64,000 bases of DNA from Bacteroidota bacterium (GTDB lineage Bacteria; Bacteroidota; Bacteroidia; Flavobacteriales_D; Crocinitomicaceae). Both the position numbers and the translations under genes were made by a program. Below, one piece after another: positions 47,962 through 58,296 of this stretch (position 1 is the stretch's first letter; each line of letters starts with the position of its first letter). The notes under the pieces were generated by a model. It was not told the DNA's origin. It worked only from the letters and a program-made list of their open reading frames with translations, and did not search any database. The DNA is taken from contig JASBTZ010000006.1 of the NCBI GenBank assembly GCA_030148165.1, forward strand, positions 31,983 to 95,982, given 5' to 3'.

Positions 47962-49238
47962 AAGTAGACGTATTACTTGGCTTACAGTGGGGTGACGAAG
48001 GAAAAGGAAAGATCGTCGATGTACTGACACCAAAATATGATATTATCGCTCGTTTTCAAGGTGGACCAAATGCTGGTCACACGTTAGAATTCGAAGGAAT
48101 CAAGCATGTATTACACACGATTCCATCGGGAATTTTCAGAGAAGGAGTCATCAACCTTATTGGAAACGGTGTCGTGATTGACCCTGTCATCTTCAAAGGT
48201 GAACTTGAAAAGCTGGCTCCATTCAATCTTAACATCAAGGATCGCCTGCTTATCTCTAAGAAAGCGCACCTGATCCTTCCTACTCATAGAATACTTGATG
48301 CAGCTTCTGAAGCGGCTAAAGGAAAAGACAAGATCGGATCAACATTAAAAGGAATTGGTCCTACTTACATGGATAAGACAGGTAGAAACGGACTTCGAGT
48401 TGGAGACATCTTTTCCGATAATTTCATGGACAAATACAAAACATTGGTGTCGAAACATAAAGACATGTTGAAGCGATTCGAGGATTTCGAATACGATCTC
48501 TCTGAGCTTGAACAGCCTTGGTTGAATGCTATTGATGAATTAAAAGAATTGACCGCGGTTGATAGCGAGCAATACATCAACGACGCTATGAAGTCGGGCA
48601 AGAAAATACTCGCGGAAGGAGCTCAGGGAACCATGCTTGATATTGACTTCGGAACTTATCCGTTCGTTACCTCTTCCAACACAGTAACGGCTGGAACATG
48701 CACCGGGCTCGGCGTTGCTCCCACGCGTATCGGCAATGTGATTGGAATATTTAAAGCTTACTGCACACGTGTTGGTAGTGGTCCTTTCCCGACTGAGCTT
48801 AACGATGAAGTTGGAGAAGCTATCCGAAAAGAAGGACGTGAATTCGGAGCTACAACGGGTAGACCCCGAAGATGTGGTTGGATCGACCTTCCGGCATTAC
48901 GCTATGCAATTATGATTAATGGAGCTACTGAGCTATCCATGATGAAAGCAGATGTTTTAAGTGGATTTGAGACTATCAAAGCATGTACCCATTACTTAAT
49001 TGATGGTGAACGATACGATTATTTCCCTTACGACGTTAATGATAAGGAAGTTATTCCGGTCTATGAGGAAATTCAAGGCTGGAATGAGGATCTGACCCAG
49101 TTAGATTCGTACGATAATGCACCACAGGCATTGAAAGATTATGTGCTTTACCTGGAGGATAAACTGGAAGTTCCAATAACGGTGGTTTCGGTTGGTCCCG
49201 ATAGAACACAGACACTTTCAAATAAAGTAATGGCTTGA
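47958..49238 (+). CDS. purA: Adenylosuccinate synthase
   Basis: 426 aa with GLQWGDEGKGKIVD, GGPNAGHT and GTTGRGIGP-like TLKGIGPTY. Confidence 0.95.
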   Translation: MKVDVLLGLQWGDEGKGKIVDVLTPKYDIIARFQGGPNAGHTLEFEGIKHVLHTIPSGIFREGVINLIGNGVVIDPVIFKGELEKLAPFNLNIKDRLLISKKAHLILPTHRILDAASEAAKGKDKIGSTLKGIGPTYMDKTGRNGLRVGDIFSDNFMDKYKTLVSKHKDMLKRFEDFEYDLSELEQPWLNAIDELKELTAVDSEQYINDAMKSGKKILAEGAQGTMLDIDFGTYPFVTSSNTVTAGTCTGLGVAPTRIGNVIGIFKAYCTRVGSGPFPTELNDEVGEAIRKEGREFGATTGRPRRCGWIDLPALRYAIMINGATELSMMKADVLSGFETIKACTHYLIDGERYDYFPYDVNDKEVIPVYEEIQGWNEDLTQLDSYDNAPQALKDYVLYLEDKLEVPITVVSVGPDRTQTLSNKVMA

Positions 49239-50779
49239 TAAGAATTAAGTACATATATGTAAAAGGTGCGCTTTTAATGGGCGCATTTTTTTTGATGAGC
49301 TTTTTAAGTTTTAGTCAATCGAATATACTGGAACTTCTTCCGGGTTCGGAACGGCTGGAGTACGATAAAAAAACAGGAATGCACCGACTATACGGTAATG
49401 TCAACTTCAAGTACCAGGGCAATATTATGTACTGTGATTCGGCCTATTATCTGGAAAAAAGAGAGCTTGTTTATGCTTATGGTCATGTACATATTAATAA
49501 AAAAGATACGCTCAATTTATTCTGTGATTCCCTGTTTTACAATGGTCGAACTCAAAAAGCGAAATTATGGGGAAATGTCCGCGTAAGGGATAATGAATTC
49601 AAGTTAACCACGGATACTCTTGACTACAATGCTCGCAAAAGTGAAGCTTCATATAAACATGGCGGAAGAGTCGAAAGTATTATCAGTAAAGAAGTATTGA
49701 CCAGTAAGGTAGGTTATTTCTACCCGGAAAGTAAGAACTTCTACTTTAGTAAGGATGTTGACTATCAAGGTGCCGATATTCATATGGAAACTGACACGCT
49801 TCAGTACTTCTATTCTCAGAAAAAAACATATTTCCACGGTCCAACCAAAATTATTACGAACGAAGAAACCATGTACTGCGAATATGGATGGTACAACACT
49901 AATACCGCTGAAGGTTCACTTCAAAAGAATGCCTCGATCACCAGACCCGGAGAATTTATTTCGGGCGATACCCTGCTCTACAAACCGGAAGAAAGATTGT
50001 CTATTGGAATCGGAAATGTATACTTCATTGACTCCTCTGAAAACCTTTCTTTCAAAGGTGATTACGCCTATAATTCCGATAGCCTCGAATATGCGTACGT
50101 AACAGGAAAAGCCATCGCTACAAAATACCTGGATGACGACACACTTCACTTACACGCCGATACTTTGTATCATTTCGCTGCAGATTCTATTAACGAATTA
50201 AAAGCATATTACGGAGCTAAGATTTACTCAAGCAAATTTCAGGGAGTCGCAGATAGCGTCATCTACGCAAACAATGAAAACAAAGTAGCTTACTTTGGTA
50301 ATCCCGTGATCTGGACAGAACATACGGAGATGAAAGGAGATTCGATCTACATGAATATCAGTGACAGTACAATTAGTGAAGTGACCGTATATCAAAATGC
50401 TTCTATCCTCATGGAAGTAGCCGTCGATAGCTTCTACAATCAAATAAGTGGACAAACCATTGTTGCGTACTTCAGAGAAAACGAGCTACACCGGGCAGTT
50501 GCCAATGGTAATGCTACAACCATCTACTTTCCCGAGGAAACTGTTACGGAGGATTCGGTGACTAAGATTAAACGAGTTGGAATGAACCGTCTGTATGCAA
50601 GTAATTTACGTGTTGATCTGGATAGTGGAGAAGTTGTTGGAGTGTCATACATCGAACGCCCTGATGGTATTATGTATCCGATTGACCAGATAAATGAAGA
50701 GGAACAATTCATTAAGGGGTTTAATTGGAAGGCTGCTCTACGACCAAGATCGTTAGCTGAACTAACGGGTAAAGATTAA
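49235..50779 (+). CDS. OstA-like (LptD N-terminal-type) repeat protein
   Basis: 514 aa with repeated ..CDSAYY....L.Y..G.V.. and GNVRVRDNEFKLTTDTLDYN beta-jellyroll motifs. The TTG start overlaps the purA stop (TTGA). ATG 49277 is an alternative start. Confidence 0.6.
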   Translation: MIRIKYIYVKGALLMGAFFLMSFLSFSQSNILELLPGSERLEYDKKTGMHRLYGNVNFKYQGNIMYCDSAYYLEKRELVYAYGHVHINKKDTLNLFCDSLFYNGRTQKAKLWGNVRVRDNEFKLTTDTLDYNARKSEASYKHGGRVESIISKEVLTSKVGYFYPESKNFYFSKDVDYQGADIHMETDTLQYFYSQKKTYFHGPTKIITNEETMYCEYGWYNTNTAEGSLQKNASITRPGEFISGDTLLYKPEERLSIGIGNVYFIDSSENLSFKGDYAYNSDSLEYAYVTGKAIATKYLDDDTLHLHADTLYHFAADSINELKAYYGAKIYSSKFQGVADSVIYANNENKVAYFGNPVIWTEHTEMKGDSIYMNISDSTISEVTVYQNASILMEVAVDSFYNQISGQTIVAYFRENELHRAVANGNATTIYFPEETVTEDSVTKIKRVGMNRLYASNLRVDLDSGEVVGVSYIERPDGIMYPIDQINEEEQFIKGFNWKAALRPRSLAELTGKD

Positions 50780-52998
50780 TCCAGGTCTTTAACACCTTTG
50801 CGTACCACGCGCTGGACTCCTTCCACCTGTTCAAGCTTTTGCATTAACTGATTCAAATGTTCCGTATCATATACCAGAACGGTTAAATTTCCTTCGAAAA
50901 TTCCATCATCCGTTTCGAATGAGATGGATTTCATGTTCACGTTATGCTGGTTTGATACAATTTCTGTCAGGCGATTTACAATTCCAACACGGTCTATTCC
51001 ATAAACAGAAATTGCTGCGACGCTCTCCTTAAGATCACTGTTCTGCCATCTTGCCTTCACACAGCGATAAGCCATTTTTGACATCAAATGCTCCGCGTTC
51101 GGACAATTATAACGGTGAACCTTAATCCCTTCATTTACGGTAATGAATCCAAAAACATCATCACCCGGAATCGGATTACAACATCCCGCCATTTGATATT
51201 GAATATTCTTGAAATCTTCACCAATGATGATCTCATCGTGTTTCTTGTCGATCTTAGAATAAACATCTGCTTTACGACGGGTTTTGACGCGCGTACTCTT
51301 CGGCTTGGGAAGACTCAGCATGCCATTCTTGTTCTCCAGCTCACGCAGCTTCGTCAGATCCAGTTTACCTTTTGCAATTCTAAAATAAAGCTCCGTTGTA
51401 CTCGGTACCTTATAGTATTTATCTAAAACACTGAGGTTTTCAGAACAGAATCGGATATTGTGTTGTCGAAACTTTCGATCAAGTATTTCCTTCCCGTCCA
51501 AGGCAATCAATTTACGTTCTTCGTTGAGTGACGATTTGATCTTCTGCTTAGCACGAGCTGTTACAACAAATCGAACCCATTCCTCATTTGGCTTTTGTTT
51601 AGAGGAAGTTATGATCTCAATCTGATCACCACTTTGCAGTTGATAGCTTAGCGGAACAAGTCGGTTGTTCACTTTTGCGCCAATACAATGGTCTCCAATA
51701 TCTGTGTGTATGTCGTATGCAAAGTCAAGAATGGTAGCTCCGGTGGGTAATACGCGCAAATCACCTTTTGGCGTAAAGACATAGATTTCATCATTAAACA
51801 GATTCAGCTTGAATTCATTTACGAAATCCATTGCACTTAAATCCGGATTCTCGATTAGCTCACGAACTTCTGCTATCCAACGATCAAACTTTGATTCTTT
51901 CGTTTTAGATTCCTTGTACTTATAGTGCGCGGCAAGACCTTTCTCCGCGATCTCATCCATTCGGCTCGATCTGATCTGAACCTCAACCCATTTACCGCCT
52001 GGCGACATCACGGTGGTATGTAATGATTCGTATCCATTTGCTCTTGGAGTCGATATCCAATCGCGCAATCTATCCGGTGAAGGCTGATAGAAATCCGTAA
52101 CAATACTGTACACACGCCAGCAATCCGGCTTTTCAAGTTCGAGTGGTGTATCTAATATAATTCGAACCGCGAATACATCATATACCTCATCAAAAGGAAT
52201 TCCCTTAGATTTCATTTTTCGCCAAATCGAAGAAATCGATTTCGTTCGTGCTTTGATATTAAAAACGTATCCTTCATGACTTAATGCTTCTTTTATTGGC
52301 GAAACAAACTTTCGAATGAATCGGTTACGAGCATCCTTCGTGGATTTAAGCTTTCGTTCAATATCCGCATAAATTTCCGGCTCCATATAACGCAGGGCCA
52401 GATCTTCTAATTCACTTTTGATTGAATACAGACCAAGTCTGTGTGCCAATGGCGCATAAAGAAACTTTGTTTCGGAGGCAATTTTCAGTTGCTTGTCTTG
52501 TCGCATGCTTGACAAGGTTCGCATATTATGTAATCGATCGGCTAGCTTGATCAGAACGACGCGAATATCATCCGAAATAGTCAGAATCATCTTCCGGAAA
52601 TTCTCCGCCTGGACAGACGCATTTTCATCGAAGACTTCCGGGATTTTGGTCAGACCATCAATAATCATTCGGACCTTCTCTCCAAACAGATCTTCTACAT
52701 CTTCCAATGAAATGTGGGTATCTTCTACCGTATCATGCAATAGAGCGCAGACGATGGAAGTAGCTCCCAAGCCCATTTCTTCCGCACAGATGCGTGCAAC
52801 AGCAATTGGATGATAAATGTATGGTTCACCTGATTTACGACGCATATCTTTGTGCGCCTCGACCGAAACATCAAATGCCTTACGAATCAGGCGAGTGTCT
52901 TCCTTACTACGATCCTTTATGGTTCGCAACAGTCCTCGAAACGCATTCAGAATCTCTTTGCGTTCCTGTTCAAGATCAATATTTAACTCCTCACCCAT
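50776..52998 (-). CDS. rsh: Bifunctional (p)ppGpp synthetase/hydrolase (RelA/SpoT homologue)
   Basis: 740 aa with the HD domain HPIAVA...LLHDTVEDT, synthetase domain, TGS and C-terminal ACT. Confidence 0.9.
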   Translation of the reverse strand: MGEELNIDLEQERKEILNAFRGLLRTIKDRSKEDTRLIRKAFDVSVEAHKDMRRKSGEPYIYHPIAVARICAEEMGLGATSIVCALLHDTVEDTHISLEDVEDLFGEKVRMIIDGLTKIPEVFDENASVQAENFRKMILTISDDIRVVLIKLADRLHNMRTLSSMRQDKQLKIASETKFLYAPLAHRLGLYSIKSELEDLALRYMEPEIYADIERKLKSTKDARNRFIRKFVSPIKEALSHEGYVFNIKARTKSISSIWRKMKSKGIPFDEVYDVFAVRIILDTPLELEKPDCWRVYSIVTDFYQPSPDRLRDWISTPRANGYESLHTTVMSPGGKWVEVQIRSSRMDEIAEKGLAAHYKYKESKTKESKFDRWIAEVRELIENPDLSAMDFVNEFKLNLFNDEIYVFTPKGDLRVLPTGATILDFAYDIHTDIGDHCIGAKVNNRLVPLSYQLQSGDQIEIITSSKQKPNEEWVRFVVTARAKQKIKSSLNEERKLIALDGKEILDRKFRQHNIRFCSENLSVLDKYYKVPSTTELYFRIAKGKLDLTKLRELENKNGMLSLPKPKSTRVKTRRKADVYSKIDKKHDEIIIGEDFKNIQYQMAGCCNPIPGDDVFGFITVNEGIKVHRYNCPNAEHLMSKMAYRCVKARWQNSDLKESVAAISVYGIDRVGIVNRLTEIVSNQHNVNMKSISFETDDGIFEGNLTVLVYDTEHLNQLMQKLEQVEGVQRVVRKGVKDLD

Positions 52999-54270
52999 TT
53001 ATTTTGCAGGAAGTACCTTGGTGGAGACTTCTCCAAAGCCAATGCGTACACCATTTGATTCGCTATATCCACGCATGATCACTGTATCGTTATCCTGAAT
53101 GAACTTGCGTTCTGATCCGTCATCCATCTTCAATGGCTTGGTGCCTTTCCAGGAAAGTTCCAACATAGAACCATACGAATCTTCAGTTGGTCCGGAAATA
53201 GTTCCTGACCCCATCAAGTCACCGCGACGCACATTACAACCATTCACCGTATGATGAGCCAGCTGCTGAGCCATCGTCCAGTACATGTATTTGAAGTTTG
53301 AACTGCAAACTTTATTTTCATTTCCGTTGTCAGGCTTGATGTATACTTCAAGATTAATATCATAAGATTTTTTTCCGTCAAATTCAAGATATGGCAAAAC
53401 TTTCGGCTCCTGTTCAGGTGATTCAACCTTGTACGGTTCCAATGCATCGAGGGTAACAATCCATGGCGAAATCGATGAAGCAAAGTTTTTGGCCAGGAAT
53501 GGTCCTAACGGAACATACTCCCATTTCTGGATATCACGTGCAGACCAATCATTGAATAAGACCATACCAAAAATAAAATCTTCGGCTTCCCTTGTTGAGA
53601 TCGAATCTCCCATTGGCTTACCATCGTATGTAACAAATGCCATTTCCAATTCAAAATCGAGTAAACGACATGGACCAAACACCGGATCTTCATCTTCAGA
53701 AGGTTTTGTCTGTCCTTTTGGTCTATGCACAGGAACGCCCGAAACAATTACAGAACTGGAGCGTCCGTGATAGCCCACAGGGATCCACAGCCAATTCGGT
53801 AAAAGGGCATTGTCGGGATCTCGGAACATGGTCCCAACATTCGTTGCATGCTCCTTACTTGAATAGAAGTCGGTATAATCTCCGATTTCAATTGGCATTT
53901 CCATCGTTACATCAGCAACTGGAATCAAAGCCTGTTTCAGGTGGTTATCATTCTGTCTGATTTCATGATTTTTCTCCTCGAATAATTCAGCGATACGATT
54001 ACGGAGGTTTCTTGTACCCTCTTTTCCTTTTCGCATCATGTTATTCAAAGTATCCGTATCAAAATCCTCTAATCCAAAATGCAAATCAGCTAAATATCCC
54101 AAATCAAATAGAACTTTTAGATCAATTACCTGATCACCTATTCTTGTAGCTACCCTTTTAGTATCTCCCTCCGTAGAAATGATACCGAATGGTATATTCT
54201 GTATTGGAAAATCTGAGTTTTCGGGTACTTCTAGCCAGGATTTGTGTTCTGGATTATTTGCTGAAATCAT
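52999..54270 (-). CDS. fahA: Fumarylacetoacetase
   Basis: 423 aa with an N-terminal FAH_N region (NIPFGIIS) and the FAH fold ..DFELEMA...WSARDIQ.WEY.PLGPF. Confidence 0.9.
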   Translation of the reverse strand: MISANNPEHKSWLEVPENSDFPIQNIPFGIISTEGDTKRVATRIGDQVIDLKVLFDLGYLADLHFGLEDFDTDTLNNMMRKGKEGTRNLRNRIAELFEEKNHEIRQNDNHLKQALIPVADVTMEMPIEIGDYTDFYSSKEHATNVGTMFRDPDNALLPNWLWIPVGYHGRSSSVIVSGVPVHRPKGQTKPSEDEDPVFGPCRLLDFELEMAFVTYDGKPMGDSISTREAEDFIFGMVLFNDWSARDIQKWEYVPLGPFLAKNFASSISPWIVTLDALEPYKVESPEQEPKVLPYLEFDGKKSYDINLEVYIKPDNGNENKVCSSNFKYMYWTMAQQLAHHTVNGCNVRRGDLMGSGTISGPTEDSYGSMLELSWKGTKPLKMDDGSERKFIQDNDTVIMRGYSESNGVRIGFGEVSTKVLPAK

Positions 54271-54294
54271 AATATCGTTTTCTTTTATTTGAAA

Positions 54295-55392
54295 TTAAAC
54301 ATTAAATCTGAAATGCATGACATCACCGTCATTCACAACATAATCTTTTCCTTCCACGCGTAATTTTCCTGCATCGCGAACTGCTGCTTCACTTCCGTAT
54401 GAAACGAAGTCATCATAGCTCATTACTTCTGCTCGAATAAATCCCTTTTCAAAATCAGTATGTATAACACCTGCGGCCTGTGGAGCAGTCATGCCTTTTT
54501 CGATTTCCCATGCCCGCACTTCTTTTTCACCTGCCGTAAAGTATGTCTGCATATTCAGCAAGGCATATGCTGAACGAATAAGTCGATTCACTCCTGGCTC
54601 ATCAAGACCAAGTTCATCCAGGAAGAGCTGACGTTCGTCATACGTATCCAGTTCCATGATGTCTGCTTCTATCTTTGCGCCAATAACGAGCACCTCAGCA
54701 TTTTCATCCTTTACGGCATCTTTAACCGCTTCCACATAACTGTTTCCTGTTTTAACTGATGCCTCATCCACATTACACAGATACATCACAGGCTTCGAAG
54801 TGATTAGATGGAATGATTTAACAATCGCCTCTTCTTTATCCGTAAAGTCAAGTGAACGTACCGAGTGACCTTCCTCCAATGCAGCTTTTATCCGAGTAGC
54901 CAATTCATTTTCTTTCAACGCCTCTTTGTCGCCTGACTTAATCACTCTACTCAAGGAATACAATTTCTTTTCGATTGATTCCAGATCTTTCAATTGAAGC
55001 TCGGTATCAATGATCTCTTTATCTCTGATAGGATCAACCGACCCATCCACGTGTACAACATTTCCATCATCAAAGCAGCGAAGGACATGAATAATCGCGT
55101 CTGTTTCCCGAATGTTAGCAAGGAATTGATTCCCCAGACCTTCACCTTTGGAAGCTCCCTTTACCAATCCTGCAATGTCAACAATCTCCATCGTTGCCGG
55201 AAGTACTCGTTGCGGCTGAACTAATTCCTCGAGTTTGAGTAATCTTGGGTCCGGAACGGATATAGTTCCAATATTTGGCTCTATCGTGCAAAATGGATAA
55301 TTAGCCGATTGTGCCTTCGCATTGGATAGGCAGTTAAAAAGTGTTGATTTCCCGACATTCGGTAGTCCAACAATTCCACATTTTAAAGACAT
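54295..55392 (-). CDS. ychF: Ribosome-binding ATPase YchF
   Basis: 365 aa with GIVGLPNVGKSTLFN, a TGS-like C-terminus and ending DGDVMHFRFNV. Confidence 0.95.
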   Translation of the reverse strand: MSLKCGIVGLPNVGKSTLFNCLSNAKAQSANYPFCTIEPNIGTISVPDPRLLKLEELVQPQRVLPATMEIVDIAGLVKGASKGEGLGNQFLANIRETDAIIHVLRCFDDGNVVHVDGSVDPIRDKEIIDTELQLKDLESIEKKLYSLSRVIKSGDKEALKENELATRIKAALEEGHSVRSLDFTDKEEAIVKSFHLITSKPVMYLCNVDEASVKTGNSYVEAVKDAVKDENAEVLVIGAKIEADIMELDTYDERQLFLDELGLDEPGVNRLIRSAYALLNMQTYFTAGEKEVRAWEIEKGMTAPQAAGVIHTDFEKGFIRAEVMSYDDFVSYGSEAAVRDAGKLRVEGKDYVVNDGDVMHFRFNV

Positions 55393-55408
55393 TGAATTGA
55401 ATTTTCGA

Positions 55409-55416
55409 CAAAGATA
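55409..55416 (-). promoter_or_regulatory. -7 box TATCTTTG upstream of ychF
   Basis: Exact TAnnTTTG match on the minus strand, 17-24 nt upstream of ATG 55392. Confidence 0.35.
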
Positions 55417-55470
55417 ATTGAAAGATAGAAAGCGGGAAATTTTCCAGTATATTCGTAAAAAATAAGTGAC

Positions 55471-56850
55471 ATGAAATTTTCTACGCTACTCATCTCCTTT
55501 TTTATTTCCATCAATGCTTTTACTCAGGATGATTCCACAATTCTGAGAAACATTTACGACATGGCGCTATTACAAGGTAATGGTTACGAAGATCTAAGAA
55601 GCTTATGTAAAGATGTCGGTGCGCGAATCACAGGTAGTGCAGAAGCGGAAATGGCCATTGAATGGGGTAAGGCAAAAATGGAAAGTTACGGTTTTGACAA
55701 TGTGCGTCTTCAGGAGATCGAAGTGCCGCATTGGGAAAGAGGTACGAAAGAAGCAGGATGGATAAAACTCAAGGACGGAGAACTTATTAAAGTAAACATG
55801 CTTGCCTTAGGTGGTTCGATAGGAACAAACGGGGTATTAGAAGGGGAGCTCATCGAATTCAAATCGCTTGACTTACTGAGAGAAGCAGACAGAAAAGACG
55901 TTGAAGGTAAAATTGTCTTTATCAATCAGCCAATGGATGCTAAGCTCATCAACACATTCCATGCATATGGCGGATGTTATCCCATTCGAGGAAATGGTGC
56001 TGTTGAAGGATCAAAACTGGGTGCGAAGGCGGTCATCATTCGTTCGCTAGGTTTACCGGTAGACCCACACCCACATACCGGATCGATGCGCTACGCGGAT
56101 AGCGTCGAAAAAATACCAGCCGCAGCAATTTCAACGATGGACGCTAACATGCTTTCCGATCTACTAAAAGATCGCAAAGCCAATTTTGTTATGGAGATGG
56201 ATTGTCGTTCTTATCCGCCGGTTAAATCCTACAATGTCATCGGTGAAATCAAAGGAACTAAATACCCAAAGAAGATTATTGTTGTGGGAGGTCATTTGGA
56301 TTCCTGGGACACGGGAGAAGGGGCACATGATGATGGGGCTGGAATTATTCATTCACTTGAAGCCTTTCGAATACTAAAGGAATTGGATTACAAACCAAAG
56401 CACACCCTACGTGTCGTATTCTTTATGAATGAGGAGAATGGTAACATGGGAGGTAAAAGCTATGCCAGTATTGCCAATGAATTAAAAGAAAACCATGTTG
56501 CTGCTTTAGAAAGCGATCGTGGAGGATTTACACCACGGGGATTTTCTTGTGACGGACAAGTGTGTCACATCGACCTTATGCAGAAGTTTGAGCCCCTATT
56601 TGAGCCTTACGACCTTCATGTATTCGAAAAAGGCTACGGAGGAGTCGATATTGGGCCATTACATGATTATTTCCCGGAAATTCCGCTCTATGGATTTGTA
56701 CCTGATTCACAGCGATATTTTGACTTTCATCACGCACCTTCAGATGTCTTTGAAAACGTTAACAAGCGTGAGCTTGAGCTGGGCTGTGCTGCAATGGCAT
56801 CGTTCATCTATCTCTTAGATAACACTATCGAACAAGCTAAAAACAAGTAG
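55471..56850 (+). CDS. M28-family peptidase with a PA (protease-associated) domain
   Basis: 459 aa with a signal peptide, GGHLDSWDTGEGAHDDGAG and FFMNEENG motifs. Confidence 0.85.
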   Translation: MKFSTLLISFFISINAFTQDDSTILRNIYDMALLQGNGYEDLRSLCKDVGARITGSAEAEMAIEWGKAKMESYGFDNVRLQEIEVPHWERGTKEAGWIKLKDGELIKVNMLALGGSIGTNGVLEGELIEFKSLDLLREADRKDVEGKIVFINQPMDAKLINTFHAYGGCYPIRGNGAVEGSKLGAKAVIIRSLGLPVDPHPHTGSMRYADSVEKIPAAAISTMDANMLSDLLKDRKANFVMEMDCRSYPPVKSYNVIGEIKGTKYPKKIIVVGGHLDSWDTGEGAHDDGAGIIHSLEAFRILKELDYKPKHTLRVVFFMNEENGNMGGKSYASIANELKENHVAALESDRGGFTPRGFSCDGQVCHIDLMQKFEPLFEPYDLHVFEKGYGGVDIGPLHDYFPEIPLYGFVPDSQRYFDFHHAPSDVFENVNKRELELGCAAMASFIYLLDNTIEQAKNK

Positions 56851-56923
56851 ATTATACACTTTTATAATCTTTTGCCTGTTAATAAAAATACAGGGTTTAG
56901 GACCAGATTATTCGAAAATACAG

Positions 56924-56931
56924 TAGTTTTG
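56924..56931 (+). promoter_or_regulatory. -7 box TAGTTTTG upstream of the alpha-oxoamine synthase paralogue
   Basis: Exact TAnnTTTG match 37 nt upstream of ATG 56968 and 61 nt upstream of ATG 56992. Confidence 0.35.
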
Positions 56932-56967
56932 TAGCGAAATTAATGATCTGCAACAGTGTGAAAGCAG

Positions 56968-58263
56968 ATGTTGCGGAAAAACAAACTTTTTATGGCATTG
57001 GACATATTTGAAAAGATCAAAGTTAACAGAGGACCATTAGGACAGTATTCCAAAGGTGTTCACGGTTATTTCACGTTCCCTAAACTGGAAGGCGAGATAG
57101 GTAACAAGATGATTTTTAGAGGCAAGGAATGTTTGATTTGGTCAGTTAACAATTATCTCGGACTGGCAAATCATCCTGAAGTTAGAAAAGCAGATGCTGA
57201 TTCAGCAGCGGAATGGGGGTTAGCATATCCAATGGGATCGCGTATGATGACCGGTCAAACCAGTGAACATGAAGCGTTAGAGGCGGAAATCTCTGATTTC
57301 ATGCAGAAAGAAGACACGATACTCTTAAACTTCGGTTATCAGGGTATGGTCTCTGCTATCGATTCTTTGGTTGACCGAAATGATGTGATTGTATATGATA
57401 GTGAATCACACGCATGTATTCTGGATGGTATGCGTCTACACGCAGGGAAGAGATTTGTGTTCAAGCACAACGACATGGACAGCTTCGATAAGCAGATGGA
57501 GCGCGCAACGAAATACGCCGCTACAACCGGAGGAGGAATACTTGTTATTACCGAAGGAGTATTCGGAATGGCAGGAGACCAGGGGCGATTAAAGGACATC
57601 GTGGAATTCAGAAAATCCGGAAAATACGATTTCCGCTTATTTGTTGACGATGCTCACGGATTCGGAACAGTTGGTCAAACAGGTCAGGGATCAGGCGAAG
57701 AACAAGGTGTTCATGATGAAATAGATGTCCTGTTCGGAACATTTGCGAAATCAATGGCTTCGATTGGAGCTTTCATTTGTGCTGAAGAACATATTGTAGA
57801 GTATTTGAGATACAACATGCGTTCACAAGTATTCGCTAAATCACTTCCAATGCCGTTGGTTGTTGGCGCCAGAAAGCGACTTGAATTGCTTCGTACGAAG
57901 CCTGAACTAAAAGCAAACCTTTGGAAGATCGCTAAAGCGCTACAGAAAGGACTTACAGATGCAGGTTTCGATATTGGTGTAACGAATTCGGCTGTTACTC
58001 CTGTATTCCTTAAAGGGAATCTTGCAGAAGCAACGAATCTGACCTTTGACCTTCGTGAGAACTTCAATATTTTCTGTTCGATTGTAATTTATCCGGTAGT
58101 GCCGAAGGATGTTATCATGCTTCGTCTCATACCTACAGCAGTACATACGCTGGAAGATGTAAACTACACGGTTGAAACTTTTATTAAGGTGAAGGCTAAA
58201 CTTGATTCCGGCGAATATCGCACGGAAGAAATGGCCACCGTAGAGGTTGACAAAAAGAAATAG
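56968..58263 (+). CDS. PLP-dependent alpha-oxoamine synthase family enzyme, not the bioF copy. It could be a KBL, serine palmitoyltransferase or cysteate-acyltransferase type.
   Basis: 431 aa with NNYLGLANHPEV, DDAHGFG and GTFAKSMA (PLP Lys). The alternative start 56992 gives MALDIFEKIK. Confidence 0.85.
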   Translation: MLRKNKLFMALDIFEKIKVNRGPLGQYSKGVHGYFTFPKLEGEIGNKMIFRGKECLIWSVNNYLGLANHPEVRKADADSAAEWGLAYPMGSRMMTGQTSEHEALEAEISDFMQKEDTILLNFGYQGMVSAIDSLVDRNDVIVYDSESHACILDGMRLHAGKRFVFKHNDMDSFDKQMERATKYAATTGGGILVITEGVFGMAGDQGRLKDIVEFRKSGKYDFRLFVDDAHGFGTVGQTGQGSGEEQGVHDEIDVLFGTFAKSMASIGAFICAEEHIVEYLRYNMRSQVFAKSLPMPLVVGARKRLELLRTKPELKANLWKIAKALQKGLTDAGFDIGVTNSAVTPVFLKGNLAEATNLTFDLRENFNIFCSIVIYPVVPKDVIMLRLIPTAVHTLEDVNYTVETFIKVKAKLDSGEYRTEEMATVEVDKKK

Positions 58264-58266
58264 ATT

Positions 58267-58295
58267 AAAAGCCACTCAAGAGAGTGGCTTTTTTT
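58267..58295. terminator. Bidirectional intrinsic terminator between convergent genes
   Basis: Perfect 11-bp stem aaaagccactc / gagtggctttt with loop aaga and a T-run to 58295. Confidence 0.8.
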
Positions 58296-58296
58296 A

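Noticed and set aside
49261-49292. Hairpin-like tgcgc..gcgca followed by a T8 run just after purA, which could be a purA terminator and would push the OstA-like start to 49277 or later
   Set aside because: The stem is only 5-6 bp with a 9-nt loop. The T-run also encodes the FF of a plausible signal peptide. The evidence is too weak to call a terminator. I kept the TTG 49235 start and noted ATG 49277 as an alternative.
56945-56975. Two mutually exclusive 6-bp hairpins (atctgc/gcagat and gcaaca/tgttgc) spanning the ATG at 56968, suggestive of a translational switch
   Set aside because: The stems are short and AT/GC-mixed, I cannot assess covariation, and such pairs arise by chance. The real start may be 56992.
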